Positions 23,322 through 35,535 of a stretch of 64,000 nt of DNA are shown in pieces; the stretch's first letter is position 1, and each line of letters opens with the position of its first letter. Made by a program: the position numbers and the translations under genes. Source of the DNA: Elsinoe ampelina (lineage: Eukaryota); assembly GCA_010093995.1 (NCBI GenBank), contig ML992501.1:3182489-3246488 (forward strand), read 5' to 3'. The notes under the pieces were generated by a model that had not been told where the DNA came from, did not search any database, and saw only the letters and a program-made list of their open reading frames with translations.

Positions 23322-24189
23322 GGTTGAGAGCTGTTTTGAGTGTTGGTTGCGTTCGATGAGTGGCAGATAAAGAGGCAAGGGTTGTGGGCTGGTCGACGGT
23401 AATGTAGCAACCCTCGACACTGTGTACACATTGTGATCTAGGCGGGAGCTGGGTGGTGCTCCTGGGCTGAAGCGATTGGCGGTGGGGTCGTACAGGGTGA
23501 GGGGCAGCTGCTGAGCTATGGCTGGGCAGTATCTGCATAACTTTGTGCATCTTGATAGCTGGTCGATCCTCGTACTTACTACATGAAATTCACCGTGTGC
23601 TTCGGGGACGAACGAGTCGTATACTAGTCGACATTTGGTGAATATTGTCCCAATGGAGGAACCAAACCATGAGGTCGGAGAGGTCAGTTCAGAGAAACAG
23701 CAAAATATACTTGAGAGTGCAGGGGATCGGCAGAGGAGCGGTATGGTCAATATTAGCCGGTCGATATTTTTGCTGTACCTTTATCATGCTAGAACACCAC
23801 TAGGAGCCACGTTCGGACAAGCTGAGGGTGGTGTGGCGACAGCAAAAGGACCCGATCTATTGTCCCCTTGGCCAGATCGGCACGAGCTTTCAAACCATTT
23901 GCTCAAGAGTAGCCGCGACATTCGGGGTCGTCGCACCAAAGAAGTCCCACTATGGCAGTGCTGTTGCAGATAGACATTCGAATCCGAGCGCTGTATCCAG
24001 ATCGTCTTCACTGAACCGCCGCGCCTTTGAGAAAGACCTCATGGTGGGACGCTCAGAATTGCTGAGTCAGCTCCATCCCGCGGAGGTTTCTTCGAGGTTG
24101 ACATCATCTTTCAAGAAACATCGAAACCTATACCTTACCTTACACATCCTACGACCTTTCCGTTCTTGCTCATCCACCACACAATCAAA

Positions 24190-25164
24190 ATGGCCGCGAA
24201 GCAATCAACACAGTCGGTACTACGCACCTTGAGACAGTCATGCCGAGCACCGCGGGCACTCCGGACTAACGAGCAACATCTGTCTTCTCGCGCGCGACAG
24301 CTGCACGCTTCTGCCAGAACAAATCCGCTCACATCCACGAACTCGTCGCATAGACCAGCACTTTCGCCGTTCAGTCAGCCTGCTCAATCGGGCAGCAAGT
24401 CTCAAGCAAAAAGGACCATCTTCATTCAGACCGAGGACACCCCAAATGCGGATGCCCTCAAATTCCGCCCAAACCACAGGATACTGCCGGAAGGCTTCTC
24501 GTCACCCTTCATAGAGTACCTGTCGCCCCGATCAACGCTCGCTCCGCCATACCCATCACCGCTAGCCGCGCAGCTTCTCAATGTGGACGGTGTGACATCA
24601 GTCTTCTACGGCATCGACTACATCACAGTCACCAAAGACTCGTCACAGCCATGGGCTCACATTAAGCCAGAGGTCTTTTCGCTCATAACCGAAGCTGTGA
24701 CGAACGGCCAACCAATCGTAACAAAATCAGAAGGCAAGAGCGACGAGGGTCAAGGCATGACAGAAGACGACAGTCTGGCATACGACGAGAACGACTCGGA
24801 GGTGGTCAGCATGATCAAGGAGTTGCTTGAAACAAGGATAAGGCCGGCAATCCAAGAGGATGGTGGTGATATCGAGTTTCGAGGATTCGAGGACGGGCAG
24901 GTAAAGCTGAAGCTACGAGGGGCTTGTCGAACTTGTGATTCAAGCACGGTAACGCTGAAGAATGGTATCGAAAGCATGCTGATGCATTACATCGAGGTAA
25001 GAAGAGCAAGCTCACGTCATGAAGGCCAGCTGCTGACAAGGGCCCAGGAAGTTCAAGGTGTACAACAAGTCATGGATGAGGAGGAAGAGATTGCAATGCG
25101 GGAGTTTGCCAAATTCGAGGAGAAGCTCAAGGCTCAAAAGGGAGAGCAGGCCGTGGCAGCCTAG
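24190..25164 (+). CDS. NFU1: Mitochondrial NifU-like Fe-S cluster carrier
   Basis: IFIQTEDTPNADALKF (Nfu N-terminal domain) and RIRPAIQEDGGDI..LRGACRTCDSSTVTLKNGIE (CxxC). Intron 24997-25047. Confidence 0.95.
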   Translation: MAAKQSTQSVLRTLRQSCRAPRALRTNEQHLSSRARQLHASARTNPLTSTNSSHRPALSPFSQPAQSGSKSQAKRTIFIQTEDTPNADALKFRPNHRILPEGFSSPFIEYLSPRSTLAPPYPSPLAAQLLNVDGVTSVFYGIDYITVTKDSSQPWAHIKPEVFSLITEAVTNGQPIVTKSEGKSDEGQGMTEDDSLAYDENDSEVVSMIKELLETRIRPAIQEDGGDIEFRGFEDGQVKLKLRGACRTCDSSTVTLKNGIESMLMHYIEVRRASSRHEGQLLTRAQEVQGVQQVMDEEEEIAMREFAKFEEKLKAQKGEQAVAA

Positions 25165-25942
25165 TTGCGGTTAAGTAGACACACAGGGAAGTCAATGTAT
25201 ATACTGTAGACCCGATCAAAACGACTCCAGGTATGCGATAGGCGTGACGCCGAGGCTCTTGCAAAAGGTTTCGCCCTGTCAGAACCTCTCACGTAACTTT
25301 TGCCGAGTTTCAACAATTCCGGTTGGTTGGTCCGCCAAAGCTTGTCCGAGCTGTCCCTCCCAAAAAATCTCGAGAGCTTGACTTCAACCAAAAAATTCAA
25401 AGCATGTGAAGGAATGGTCGGGGTTTGGCCACGAGGTCTGGAGTAACCCACCCCAGTTCGGTGCATTTGCATGTGTTGTCACTTTGTATCAGATACTGTA
25501 GACGCAAAGATAACGAGACTAGTTAAAAAGTGGGCTGAAATTGTTTGCTTCAAGGCTGTGATGCGGCTCTGCGTACCTGGCTTTACTTTGGACAAGCTGC
25601 GGATCGCAGATCCCGCTCCAAATCGCCCTGAAGGAAGGCGCAACTAACAAACGGCTTACCGCCATCAATTCTCCATCCTCGTCCATCCACACCCCAATTC
25701 TACCTTGTGTTACACATTGACGACTGCATTCATCGTTGCTACATTCTCATCCAGTCTCTTTACCTTTTCGCCAGCGCTTGCTTCTATCAACGACCAGAGT
25801 TCCTAATATCAACCCCAAGCTTCCACAGCCGGGTCAACGCGAACCCCCAGCCGGCCCACAGCTTTCGCCAGATATTTATACCCAATTCCAGCCTGCATAA
25901 AGACATTACAAGAGTCCTATCCTCTCGCGAGACATCCACACA

Positions 25943-28900
25943 ATGGTCATCACCGACAACTCAGAGTATGTGACCGAGGAGGAGAAGAGATTGCGCGAAG
26001 ACAGACACCGAGAAAAGTACTGGAAGAAGTGGGGTCCTTACGTTGCGGAGAGACAATGGGGAACTGGTGAGTGAAACAGCGTATACAGTACTGAGCGGCG
26101 AGCTGACATGACGCAGTCCGAGAAGATTACTCGTGAGTCAAGTTCTCACGCTTATCACGACCACTAGCTGACAACATCCAGCGAGAATGGCGATGCATGG
26201 AGCAGTAAGTCGATGACAGCGTATGATCTGCGTACACGATACTGACGAGCTGTGCCAGGTTTCTCACATGACATGGCACAGAAGAGAGCGTATCGGTGGG
26301 GTGAGGATGGCATTGCAGGAGTCTCGGACACACACGGCTTGATGAACATTGCATTTTCCTTTTGGAACGAGAAAGAGTAACCAACATCCTGTATCATGGT
26401 GGATCGGTCAGACTGACATCTACCAGTCCCTTCCTCAAAGAACGACTCTTCGGCTTGTCGAACCCCCAGGGAAACCACGGCGAGAGTATCAAGGAGTGCC
26501 ATTTCCACCTCGACAATACTCCCTCGGTAAGATTCTCCATCTGCAATCCGCGGCCATAGCTGACAGCTTCTAGCATGCGTACATGAAATACCTCTACAAG
26601 TACCCCCAGAACGAGTTCCCCTACAAGGACATCCTGGAAACCAACGCGAAGAGAGGAAAGCAAGAGAGGGAGTACCAGCTACTCGACACTGGCATTTTCA
26701 AGGATAACAAGTACTGGGACATCTTCATAGAGACTGCAAAAGAGGCCGACGACCCAGAGGAGCTTCTCTTCAGAGTCACTGCGTACAACAGAGGTCCCAA
26801 GCCGGCAAAGCTCCATCTCATCCCTCAGGTCTGGTTTCGCAACACCTGGGCATGGGGCTACGACACCAAGAAACCTCAAATCAAACAAGTCTCCGACTTC
26901 GTGACCGAGGCACAGCATGAGAAGCTCGGCAAGCGCTACGTACAATTCTCTCCCTCGCCCAACACCGGCGGTCGCGAAGAAGATATCCACCCCAATTTCC
27001 TCTTCACCGACAACGACACCAACTACGTCGATCTCTATGGTCTCAAGGAGAACAAGACTCAATACGTCAAGGATGGATTCCACAAGCACATTGTCAAGGG
27101 CGACAAGAAGTCAGTCAATCCCAACAAGATCGGTACAAAGAGCGCAGCATGGTATGCCTTCAATCAGGGAGATGGTGTGCCGCCTGGCGAGTGTGCTGTC
27201 ATACGTTTCCGTGTCTCGAAGAAGCCTGGTGATGAATACCTGGATGAAGAACTCTTCGATGAGGTCATGGACCAGCGACTCGCTGAAGCAGACGACTTCT
27301 ACTGGCGCATCAGCCCAATGCCTATGACGGACGACCTTCGCAACATTCAGCGTCAAGCTTTGTCCGGCATGCTCTGGTGCAAGCAATTCTACCACTTCGT
27401 TTGGGATCAGTGGGCCAACGGTGACCCGGGCATGCCTCCACCGCCTCCTAGCAGGAAACATATCCGAAACCAACAGTGGAAGCATATGTTCCTGGATGAT
27501 ATTCTCTCCATGCCGGACTCGTGGGAATACCCCTTCTTTGCAGCTTGGGATAGTGCCTTCCACTGCATTCCGCTAGCCATGATCGACCCAGACTTTGCGA
27601 AGAAGCAGCTCGACCTCTTCACTCGAGAGTGGTACATGCACCCCAACGGCCAGCTTCCTGCATACGAATGGAATTTCGGAGACGTCAATCCACCCGTCCA
27701 TGCCTGGGCAACTTTCCGTACTTTCAAGATCGAGCGAAAGATGTATGGCCGTGAGGATCTCGACTTTCTTGAACGCGTCTTCCAGAAACTGCTGCTCAAC
27801 TTCACCTGGTGGGTCAACCGCAAAGATGCTGAGGGCAAAAATGTCTTCGAGGGTGGCTTCTTGGGCTTGGACAACATTGGTCTCTTCAACCGGTCGGACC
27901 CGCTCCCTACCGGAGGTGTTCTCGAGCAAGCCGACAGTACTGGTTGGATGGCCTTCTACTGCTTGTGCATGTTGAACATGTCTCTCGAGCTCGCCAAGCA
28001 TCGTAGAACGTACGAGGACATTGCCTCCAAGTTCTTCGAGCACTTCATCCTCATCAGTGACGCCATGCGCTACCGCCACGGCAGCGAGTCGAAGTCGCTC
28101 TGGAACGATGAGGACGGCTTCTACTACGATGCGATTTCTTGGGGTGGACCGTGGACTCAGCAGATGCCTGTTCGCTCTCTCGTCGGTCTCATCCCCATGT
28201 ACGCCTGTCTGACGCTGGAGCCTCAGGTTCTTAAGAAATTCCCTCACTTCAAGCGCCGCATGGACTGGTTTATTGAGAACAAGCATGATGTCTTCGAGCG
28301 CAATATCCACTCGATGCGCAGGCGAGGTCGCGACGACAGACTCCTTCTCTCTCTGGTCAACGAGGACCGTCTCAAGGCTATACTGACTCGCATGCTTGAC
28401 GAGACCGAATTCTTGTCCAAGTACGGCATCAGATCATTGTCCAAGTATCACGAGAAGCATCCATACTCGATGGAAGTCAACGGTCAACACTTCAGCGTCG
28501 GCTACGTTCCTGGAGATTCGGACTCTGGTCTCTTCGGCGGTAACTCGAATTGGCGTGGTCCTATCTGGATTGCTGTCAACTTCTTGCTTATAGAATCCCT
28601 CCTCCGCTTCTATATGTTCTACGGCAACTCGCTCAAGGTCGAGTGCCCCACTGGCTCCGGCGAGTATATGCACCTGGGACATGTCGCCGAGGAGATCCAA
28701 CACCGGCTTCAGCACTTGATGGCTCGAGGTGATGATGGACGTCGAGCGATCAACGATGGCAACGACATGGTCGACTTTGATCCTCACTGGAAGGACTACT
28801 TGTGGTTCTACGAATATTTCGACGGCGACAGCGGACGTGGTATTGGCGCCAGCCATCAATGTGGTTGGACTGGGCTGATGGCCAAGATGATCCACGACAC

Positions 28901-29375
28901 AGGGTAAGTCACACCCGTTCACCAGAGATATCAAGTACTGACCAGTCACAGTATCAACTGTCGTCTACCACAGACACCCCGCAACGGGACTGCAGCTGCC
29001 AGCCATTATTTTGACGATACCTTCTCTCGCCAGAGCCGCAGTGCCTTCACCCGCAAGCCCTCTATGCTCCGTCGCTCCTCAACACACCGCTCAATGGGTA
29101 TGCGATCCGATTGGGACTCCAGCGCTGCATTGTCCGAGTTGGACCAAGACGAGGACGACGAGACAACTAACGGTACTCGCCCCACCTCTGCCAACGGAGA
29201 GTTCGACAAGGGACGACGCTGGACGATCTTCCAAGATGAAGAGTCGCGCAAGGCACGAGAGTCCGCTGATGAGCATGTTCACAACTATGTGCAAGATCAG
29301 CTGAAGAGACTGATGACCCCTGATGGACCAGTCGCTGGGGAGGACGAACTGGACACACACGTTAACGGCGATTGA
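25943..29375 (+). CDS. GH63/MGH1-like (alpha/alpha)6 glycoside hydrolase, yeast YMR196W family
   Basis: [92 protein letters not shown]. Six introns, including two micro-exons. Confidence 0.92.
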
Positions 29376-29835
29376 GCGATGGACAAGGGACGAGGACACA
29401 CCTGAGATGAATTGGGACCCCATCGAAATTTGATACTTGCATGGCATGGTCAGTATTGGTTTACCTAGATATACATGTATAGACAACATTCCTGAGGCGG
29501 GTGCACGAGCCACTTTCACATGTCAAGCTGGAATGCGGCTCTGCGTCGATCGCTTTTCGCCGGTCGTAATTCTGGGACTTCTCAAGATCCACTACTGACC
29601 CAAAGCACACTCCGGAGAACGTGTTCAGTCATCTGGCATCGACACGTATCACATGCATCCTGTTATGAACTTTCTCTTTCCTTCATGACTACCGCCGCTT
29701 CCGCGATCGAGCCCGTCCACGTCCCACATCCCACCGCCGCAACCGACATCACGAAGCCTTCCAACGGCCCCTTCCTGGACATCCAAGCAATGGACCTTCG
29801 ACGGTAGCTTCTGATCAGGTCAGGTAGCCGCCATC

Positions 29836-32256
29836 ATGATAGGTATGAGTCTACGACGTCATCTACACAACAACGGACTCTGATATTTGTCGACAGACCA
29901 TGTCCTCGGCCGTCCGTCGGTCAAGTTCCGAAAGACGCAAGTCTTCTTGGTTGTCGCTTTTTGGGGCGCATACCTTGGATAGTCAGTACCAGATCATTCT
30001 GCTGTACTCCTGCAGAAATACTGATCGTCCCGCAGTGGCCATCGTCACGGTCCTCCGATCTTCCGCCGGCTCTCGAGACGCATCAGCAGTCGACTCACGA
30101 CATGGCAGACGCTGGTCCTAACACTTCTCTACCTATACGTCACTCGCAATTTTGGCAAGCTCGTGGGTCTCGAATGTCCCGAGCCACTTTCGAACCTCTA
30201 CACACGCTCCTACTTCCGTGCAACATGGGTCACTACAGCCCTAGATGCCGGCTTCTGGTCAGCCATGCACATCCGCCCAAAGTGGTTGAAAGATCTGAGC
30301 AGTGTTGTGTTTACATTATACTACCTGGTATGTGCCGAACAAGCAGATGAGAAGGTGCGGAAAGTAAGAGCTGGCTTGACGCTGGATCACCTGCGAATCT
30401 CTTGGGACAAGCCGACCACACCATACATCGGTACAGTCACTCGTCTGCTCCGACCGAAGCTGACAAAGTATAAATACCCGCCGCGAGAACTGCGGATACC
30501 GCGACCAGCTCAGTCAGCCTACACTGAGCCCATCAAAGCCTGGCTTTATTTCGACGGACCTCTTACCAGTCTAAAGAAGCACGACAAGATCATCCTGGAT
30601 ATCCCTGGAGGTGGCTTTGTGGCCATGAACCCGCGCTGTCATGATGATAAGCTGATAGGATGGGCTGGACGGACTGGTCTGCCTGTACTTGCTTTGGACT
30701 ATCAGAAGGCGCCTGAGCACCCCTATCCTTATGCTCTGAATGAGTGCTACGATGCCTACCACACCTTGGTCGCGAGCAGAGGCACCTGTATTGGGCTGTC
30801 GGGCCAGTTTGTACCCAAGATTGTGGTGTCGGGGGACTCGGCGGGAGGCAATTTGGCAGTCGGGATGGTCTTGATGATTCTGCAATCCGGAAGTACAGAC
30901 ACCCGGCGGTGGCAGGGAGAAAACTCTCTGCCCTTGCCAGATGGAGTAGTTCTCATCTACCCGGCCCTCGACATGAACATCGGCAACTGGATGACGGATG
31001 AACAAATGGCTCTGATCAAGGATCGAAGGTCTCGCAAGATCAATGAAGGAGTTATCCGCCGCAAGTCCGACGACTATCGTAAGCTGACACCAGACACCCC
31101 TCATGGCAGTGACGACGAGGATGAAGGCTCGCCATCATCTCGTCCTATCTTGAGCGTGGGCAATTTCACGGCCAGTCCAGATACACCTGCGACTTCAGCC
31201 GCTCACACCATCGACTCTGCTGCATTAGCCACGGCTGACAGCAAGCCGGTCCATCTGAAGACACGACTTGCCATGAGCTCCATGATTAGCTACTTCAACG
31301 ATCGCATTCTAACACCAGAGATGATGCGGAGCATGATCATCCTTTACATTGGTCCACACTCCCGACCCGACTTTGCCACCGACTTTCTGTTGTCACCACT
31401 CCTGGCACCAGAATCTCTACTAGCACGGTTTCCCAAGACATACTTCCTCACAGGAGAGCGTGACCCACTTGTAGACGACACGGTCATCTTTGCAGGTCGC
31501 TTGCGGCAAGCCAAGCTAGCTGCTTTTGAAGAACGACGAGAGCTGGGGCTGACTGGTGCTCGAGAGAGGTGGGTGGAGAGCGACTGGGTGAACGTCATGC
31601 TTGTACCTGGCATCTCCCACGGCTTCCTGCAATTCGTCAGCGTCTTTCCAGAAGGCTGGCGATACATCTTCCGATGCGCAAAGTGGATGGCTGAAATCTT
31701 CCGCGATCTCGACCTCAAGCATATCAGAGAAATGGAGCGGGAAGAGAGGCGCAAGCTGAAGATCGACCTCGGAAAGGCTCAAGCTCCAGATACAAGGGAC
31801 GGAGAGAGAAGTGAGCCACCTACCGCGACGGTCCGAGATACCGGCTTCTTCGAGGACGACTCCCCAGCCGAGAGTAGAAGGCACAGCACGAGCAGTCCAG
31901 AACGAGAGCGGCATCATCGCCGAACAAGAACCATGAGCTCAGGCGATGAAGACCGACCACTGGAAATGAGCGCCATTCGAGCCAGCCCGGCGACAAGAAA
32001 GAAAAGAGATGAAGGGAAGAAAGAAGGATCTGCGGTGACAGTGATACACGCTGGTAAGGCACCACGGAGCATATCGGACAAGGGCAGAGGAAGGGGCGAC
32101 AGTACGTCGAGCCAGGCAGAGGCGGCGAGGACCAGGAGAGAAAAGACAAGGAGTATTGCAGCGCTCGCGAGCAGCGAGGACTTGCTGGGAAGAAGAATGA
32201 AGGGCTTGACAGGAGGTCTGATGGGGCTGTCGGAGGGTGACACGGATACGCCTTGA
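29836..32256 (+). CDS. Hormone-sensitive-lipase-like alpha/beta hydrolase
   Basis: Spliced N-terminus MIDHVLGRPSVKFRK (7-nt first exon, 2 introns). PGGGF oxyanion motif, GDSAGGNL nucleophile, GERDPLVDD, SHGFL. Confidence 0.9.
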
Positions 32257-32933
32257 ATGATGTTGTAGCAATTACAATAACCATTACACACAATACTGGC
32301 GAGACGAGGCTCCATTACTCTACCACGGCTATGAGCGGACAAGACTGGCAGAGAAGTGCAAGTTATGCAGGGCAGACAAAGCGGCAAAGACCCTGCGTCG
32401 CATGAATTTCGCCTCAATAAAATTGACCTTGACCCAGCGGCACATCCACGACGATCATCGTCTGCCCTCCAGAATTACCTTCCACATCCATGCCGCTCAT
32501 CAAGACTATCTCTGCTGGTCCGTCCCCGCCCAGCTCGCCAAGCCGGCGGCGGTGGGGCGGACAAAACCAACCAAGCAACGCCGCCGTGAGCTTGACACGA
32601 CGAGCTTCCGCTTCAGGACACGCGCGGTACGACGTCAGATCTTCTCGCCATTCGAAGCAATTTACTGGCGTCTCTTCCCTGCCGTAGAAGCATGTTCATT
32701 GCTGGCTTGCTGGCGGCATATCCGGCCAAGACGTCGCGATTGCAGATTCGCTCCGTGCGGGCGGCGCAGGTGCAGTAATAAGTCAACAGAAGCAGGAACG
32801 ATGTTCCTATCTGGATGGAGAAGGTAGGTTTAGCGTCGCTTGTAGAAACACAGAAGAGTATAATACTTAGACCTCCGCCGCCCATACTCAGAGGCTTGAC
32901 GCCGCTCATTCTTCCACATCCTTACCGCCAGTC

Positions 32934-35279
32934 ATGAAGGGCCTCTTTCTCTCACTGCTCGCTCTGGGCGTCACCGCCATCACCCCTCCACGTGGCACTG
33001 GCTTCCCTCAGCCAAATGGCAGCAGACTGCTCACCTTCAACGAGACGGTACCTAGCACACGTCTGGCCCCGAGATCCGTCTCACTGGCTTGGGTCGAGGT
33101 CGGAAACGATGGCGACTACATCTCCACTGCCGGAGGGGCGCTGGTCATCACCAATGCTGGCACTGGAGTGAACTCGACATTTGTCTCGGCTGACCGTGTG
33201 CCCGCCGACTACTGGGACTACTGGATCTCAAGTGACGCTAGCCGTGTCCTGTGGGCAACGAATTACACCAAGCAGTACCGTCATTCGTACTTTGCCGATT
33301 ACCAAATCCTGGACGTGGCAACAGGAGAGCTGACACCACTTGTCGCGGACCAGGTCGGAGATATCCAATACGCCGAGTGGTCACCCGATGGAGCACGCAT
33401 TGCATTCGTCCGCGGTAATGACCTGTACATCTGGACCGATGGCGAGATTGCCAGAATCACTGAGAACGGCGGACCTGACACCTTCAATGGCGTACCTGAC
33501 TGGGTCATGGAGGAGGAGATTCTTGGCGACCGCTACTCGCTGTGGTGGAGCCCAGACAGTACCAAGATTGCTTACTTGAGCTTCGACGAGCGTGGTGTCG
33601 GCGAATTCACAGTATCGTACTACGCCGACAACACAAAGTACGGACCATCCTATCCTCGGGAGTTGGCTATCAGGTACCCCAAGGTCGGCACCACCAATCC
33701 CAAAGTCGCCTTCAACCTCCTCGACGTGGAGTCTTCGGCTGTGACCAACGTTCCCATTGACGCTTTCCCTGCCGAAGATCTGATTATCGGTGAGGTCGCT
33801 TGGGCTACCAGCGATAGCTCCAATGTCCTCTACCGCGCCTACAACCGGGTGCAGGACGCTGAGAAGATCGTCAACGTGGATGCGCAGGCTGCCACTTCTA
33901 GTGTTGTCCGCGAGCGTGCAGAGACTACTGGCTGGCTGGACAATAATCTCTCCATCCAGTACGTTGGTGCTATCGGAGGCAACTCCACCAATAGCACTTT
34001 CCGTGGTGAGGCTACCTACTACATCGATGTCTCCGACGTCTCCGGCTGGAACCACGTCTATCTCTTCCCCGTCAATGGCGGTGAAGCTCGCGCACTCACC
34101 ACCGGCGAATGGGAGGTTCGCGCCATACTCAAGGTCGACACAACCCGCGGACTTGTCTACTACACCTCCACTGAGCGCCACTCCACCGAGTCTCACCTGT
34201 ACTCTGTCTCCTACCGCACTGGCGCAAAGACTGCCCTCGTCGACGATTCGATCCCCGGTTACTGGTCAGCCTCCTTCTCTGCTGGCGGCAGCTACTACTC
34301 TCTCTCCTACCAAGGCCCCGATGTACCCTACCAAGAACTTTACACCGTTAACTCGACCACTCCCCTCCGTACACTCGAGAGCAACGCCGCGTTCATTGCC
34401 CGAATCGCCGAGTACAATCTCCCTGAGCTCACCTGGTTTGAAATTGACGCCCCCGACGGATCCAAGCTGAACGTCATGCAACGCCTCCCGGCCAACTTTG
34501 ACCCTTCCCGGCAATACCCCGTCCTCTTCACCCCTTACGGCGGTCCAGGCGCTCAGAATACTGGCAAGAGCTGGAAGGCTCTTAACTGGAACACCTACGT
34601 CGCCTCCGACCCCGAGCTCGAATACATCCAATGGACCGTCGACAACCGCGGCACCGGCTACCGCGGCCGCGCCTTCCGCGCCCAAGTCACCAACCGCCTC
34701 GGCGAGCTCGAAGCGGAAGACCAAGTCTTCGCCGCCCGCGAACTCCAGAAGCAACCCTACGTCGACGCCACCCACTTTGCCCACTGGGGCTGGTCCTACG
34801 GCGGGTACCTCACCTCCAAAGTCGTCGAGCTCGACTCTGGCGTGTTCCAGCTCGGCCTCATCACCGCCCCCGTGACGGACTGGCGCTTCTACGACACAAT
34901 GTACACGGAGCGCTACATGAAGACGCCCGAGCTCAACGAAGCCGGGTACAACAAGTCCGCGGTGCGCAACACGCAGGGGTTCAAGACCATCGAGGGCGGG
35001 TTCCAGATCACCCACGGTCTCGGGGACGATAACGTGCATTACCAGCACACGGCCGTCTTGACGAACTTGCTCATGGGAGAGGGCGTGGGCCCGCAGACGT
35101 TTGAGAATGTCCTGTTTAGTGACTCGGATCATAGTATCAGGTATAACGGGGACAGCACGTTTTTGTACAAGACGTTGACGAAGAGGTTGTTTGAGGAGAA
35201 GAGGAGGGAGGTGGGGAGGGTGCAGGAGGTGCATCAGTGGAGTAAGAAGGATAGGGTGGCGAGGAGGTGGGAGGCGTAG
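32934..35279 (+). CDS. dpp4: Secreted dipeptidyl peptidase IV (S9B)
   Basis: Signal peptide; NGVPDWVMEEE; YPKVG; GWSYGG catalytic Ser; DDNVH; DSDH. Intronless, 781 aa. Confidence 0.95.
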   Translation: MKGLFLSLLALGVTAITPPRGTGFPQPNGSRLLTFNETVPSTRLAPRSVSLAWVEVGNDGDYISTAGGALVITNAGTGVNSTFVSADRVPADYWDYWISSDASRVLWATNYTKQYRHSYFADYQILDVATGELTPLVADQVGDIQYAEWSPDGARIAFVRGNDLYIWTDGEIARITENGGPDTFNGVPDWVMEEEILGDRYSLWWSPDSTKIAYLSFDERGVGEFTVSYYADNTKYGPSYPRELAIRYPKVGTTNPKVAFNLLDVESSAVTNVPIDAFPAEDLIIGEVAWATSDSSNVLYRAYNRVQDAEKIVNVDAQAATSSVVRERAETTGWLDNNLSIQYVGAIGGNSTNSTFRGEATYYIDVSDVSGWNHVYLFPVNGGEARALTTGEWEVRAILKVDTTRGLVYYTSTERHSTESHLYSVSYRTGAKTALVDDSIPGYWSASFSAGGSYYSLSYQGPDVPYQELYTVNSTTPLRTLESNAAFIARIAEYNLPELTWFEIDAPDGSKLNVMQRLPANFDPSRQYPVLFTPYGGPGAQNTGKSWKALNWNTYVASDPELEYIQWTVDNRGTGYRGRAFRAQVTNRLGELEAEDQVFAARELQKQPYVDATHFAHWGWSYGGYLTSKVVELDSGVFQLGLITAPVTDWRFYDTMYTERYMKTPELNEAGYNKSAVRNTQGFKTIEGGFQITHGLGDDNVHYQHTAVLTNLLMGEGVGPQTFENVLFSDSDHSIRYNGDSTFLYKTLTKRLFEEKRREVGRVQEVHQWSKKDRVARRWEA

Positions 35280-35535
35280 AGGATGAGATGCAGATAGTTA
35301 ATGGCATTGAATCAATGGATGTTCTTGATTCTGATCAAGTCACGATGTTGAAACTGCTTACGTGTTGAGGGAATGGCTACATGGGACACATGTCTCTCGG
35401 ACAGTACTGCGTTTTCGAGGCGCCATGTCTGTGTATAAATGTGCAATGCAAATGGCTTCATTGATCGTCTGTTGTAAGCGTACACCTATGTTCATGCTAA
35501 ATGATCGTCTTCTTCTTGTGCTTCTCGACTGCCAC

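Noticed and set aside
23322..23750. 142-aa N-terminal extension of the SDR in the ORF track
   Set aside because: The Rossmann motif begins right after ATG 23321, and the extension is not protein-like.
33381..35234. Long minus-strand ORFs of 271 and 322 aa
   Set aside because: Antisense shadows of the strongly codon-biased dpp4 gene.
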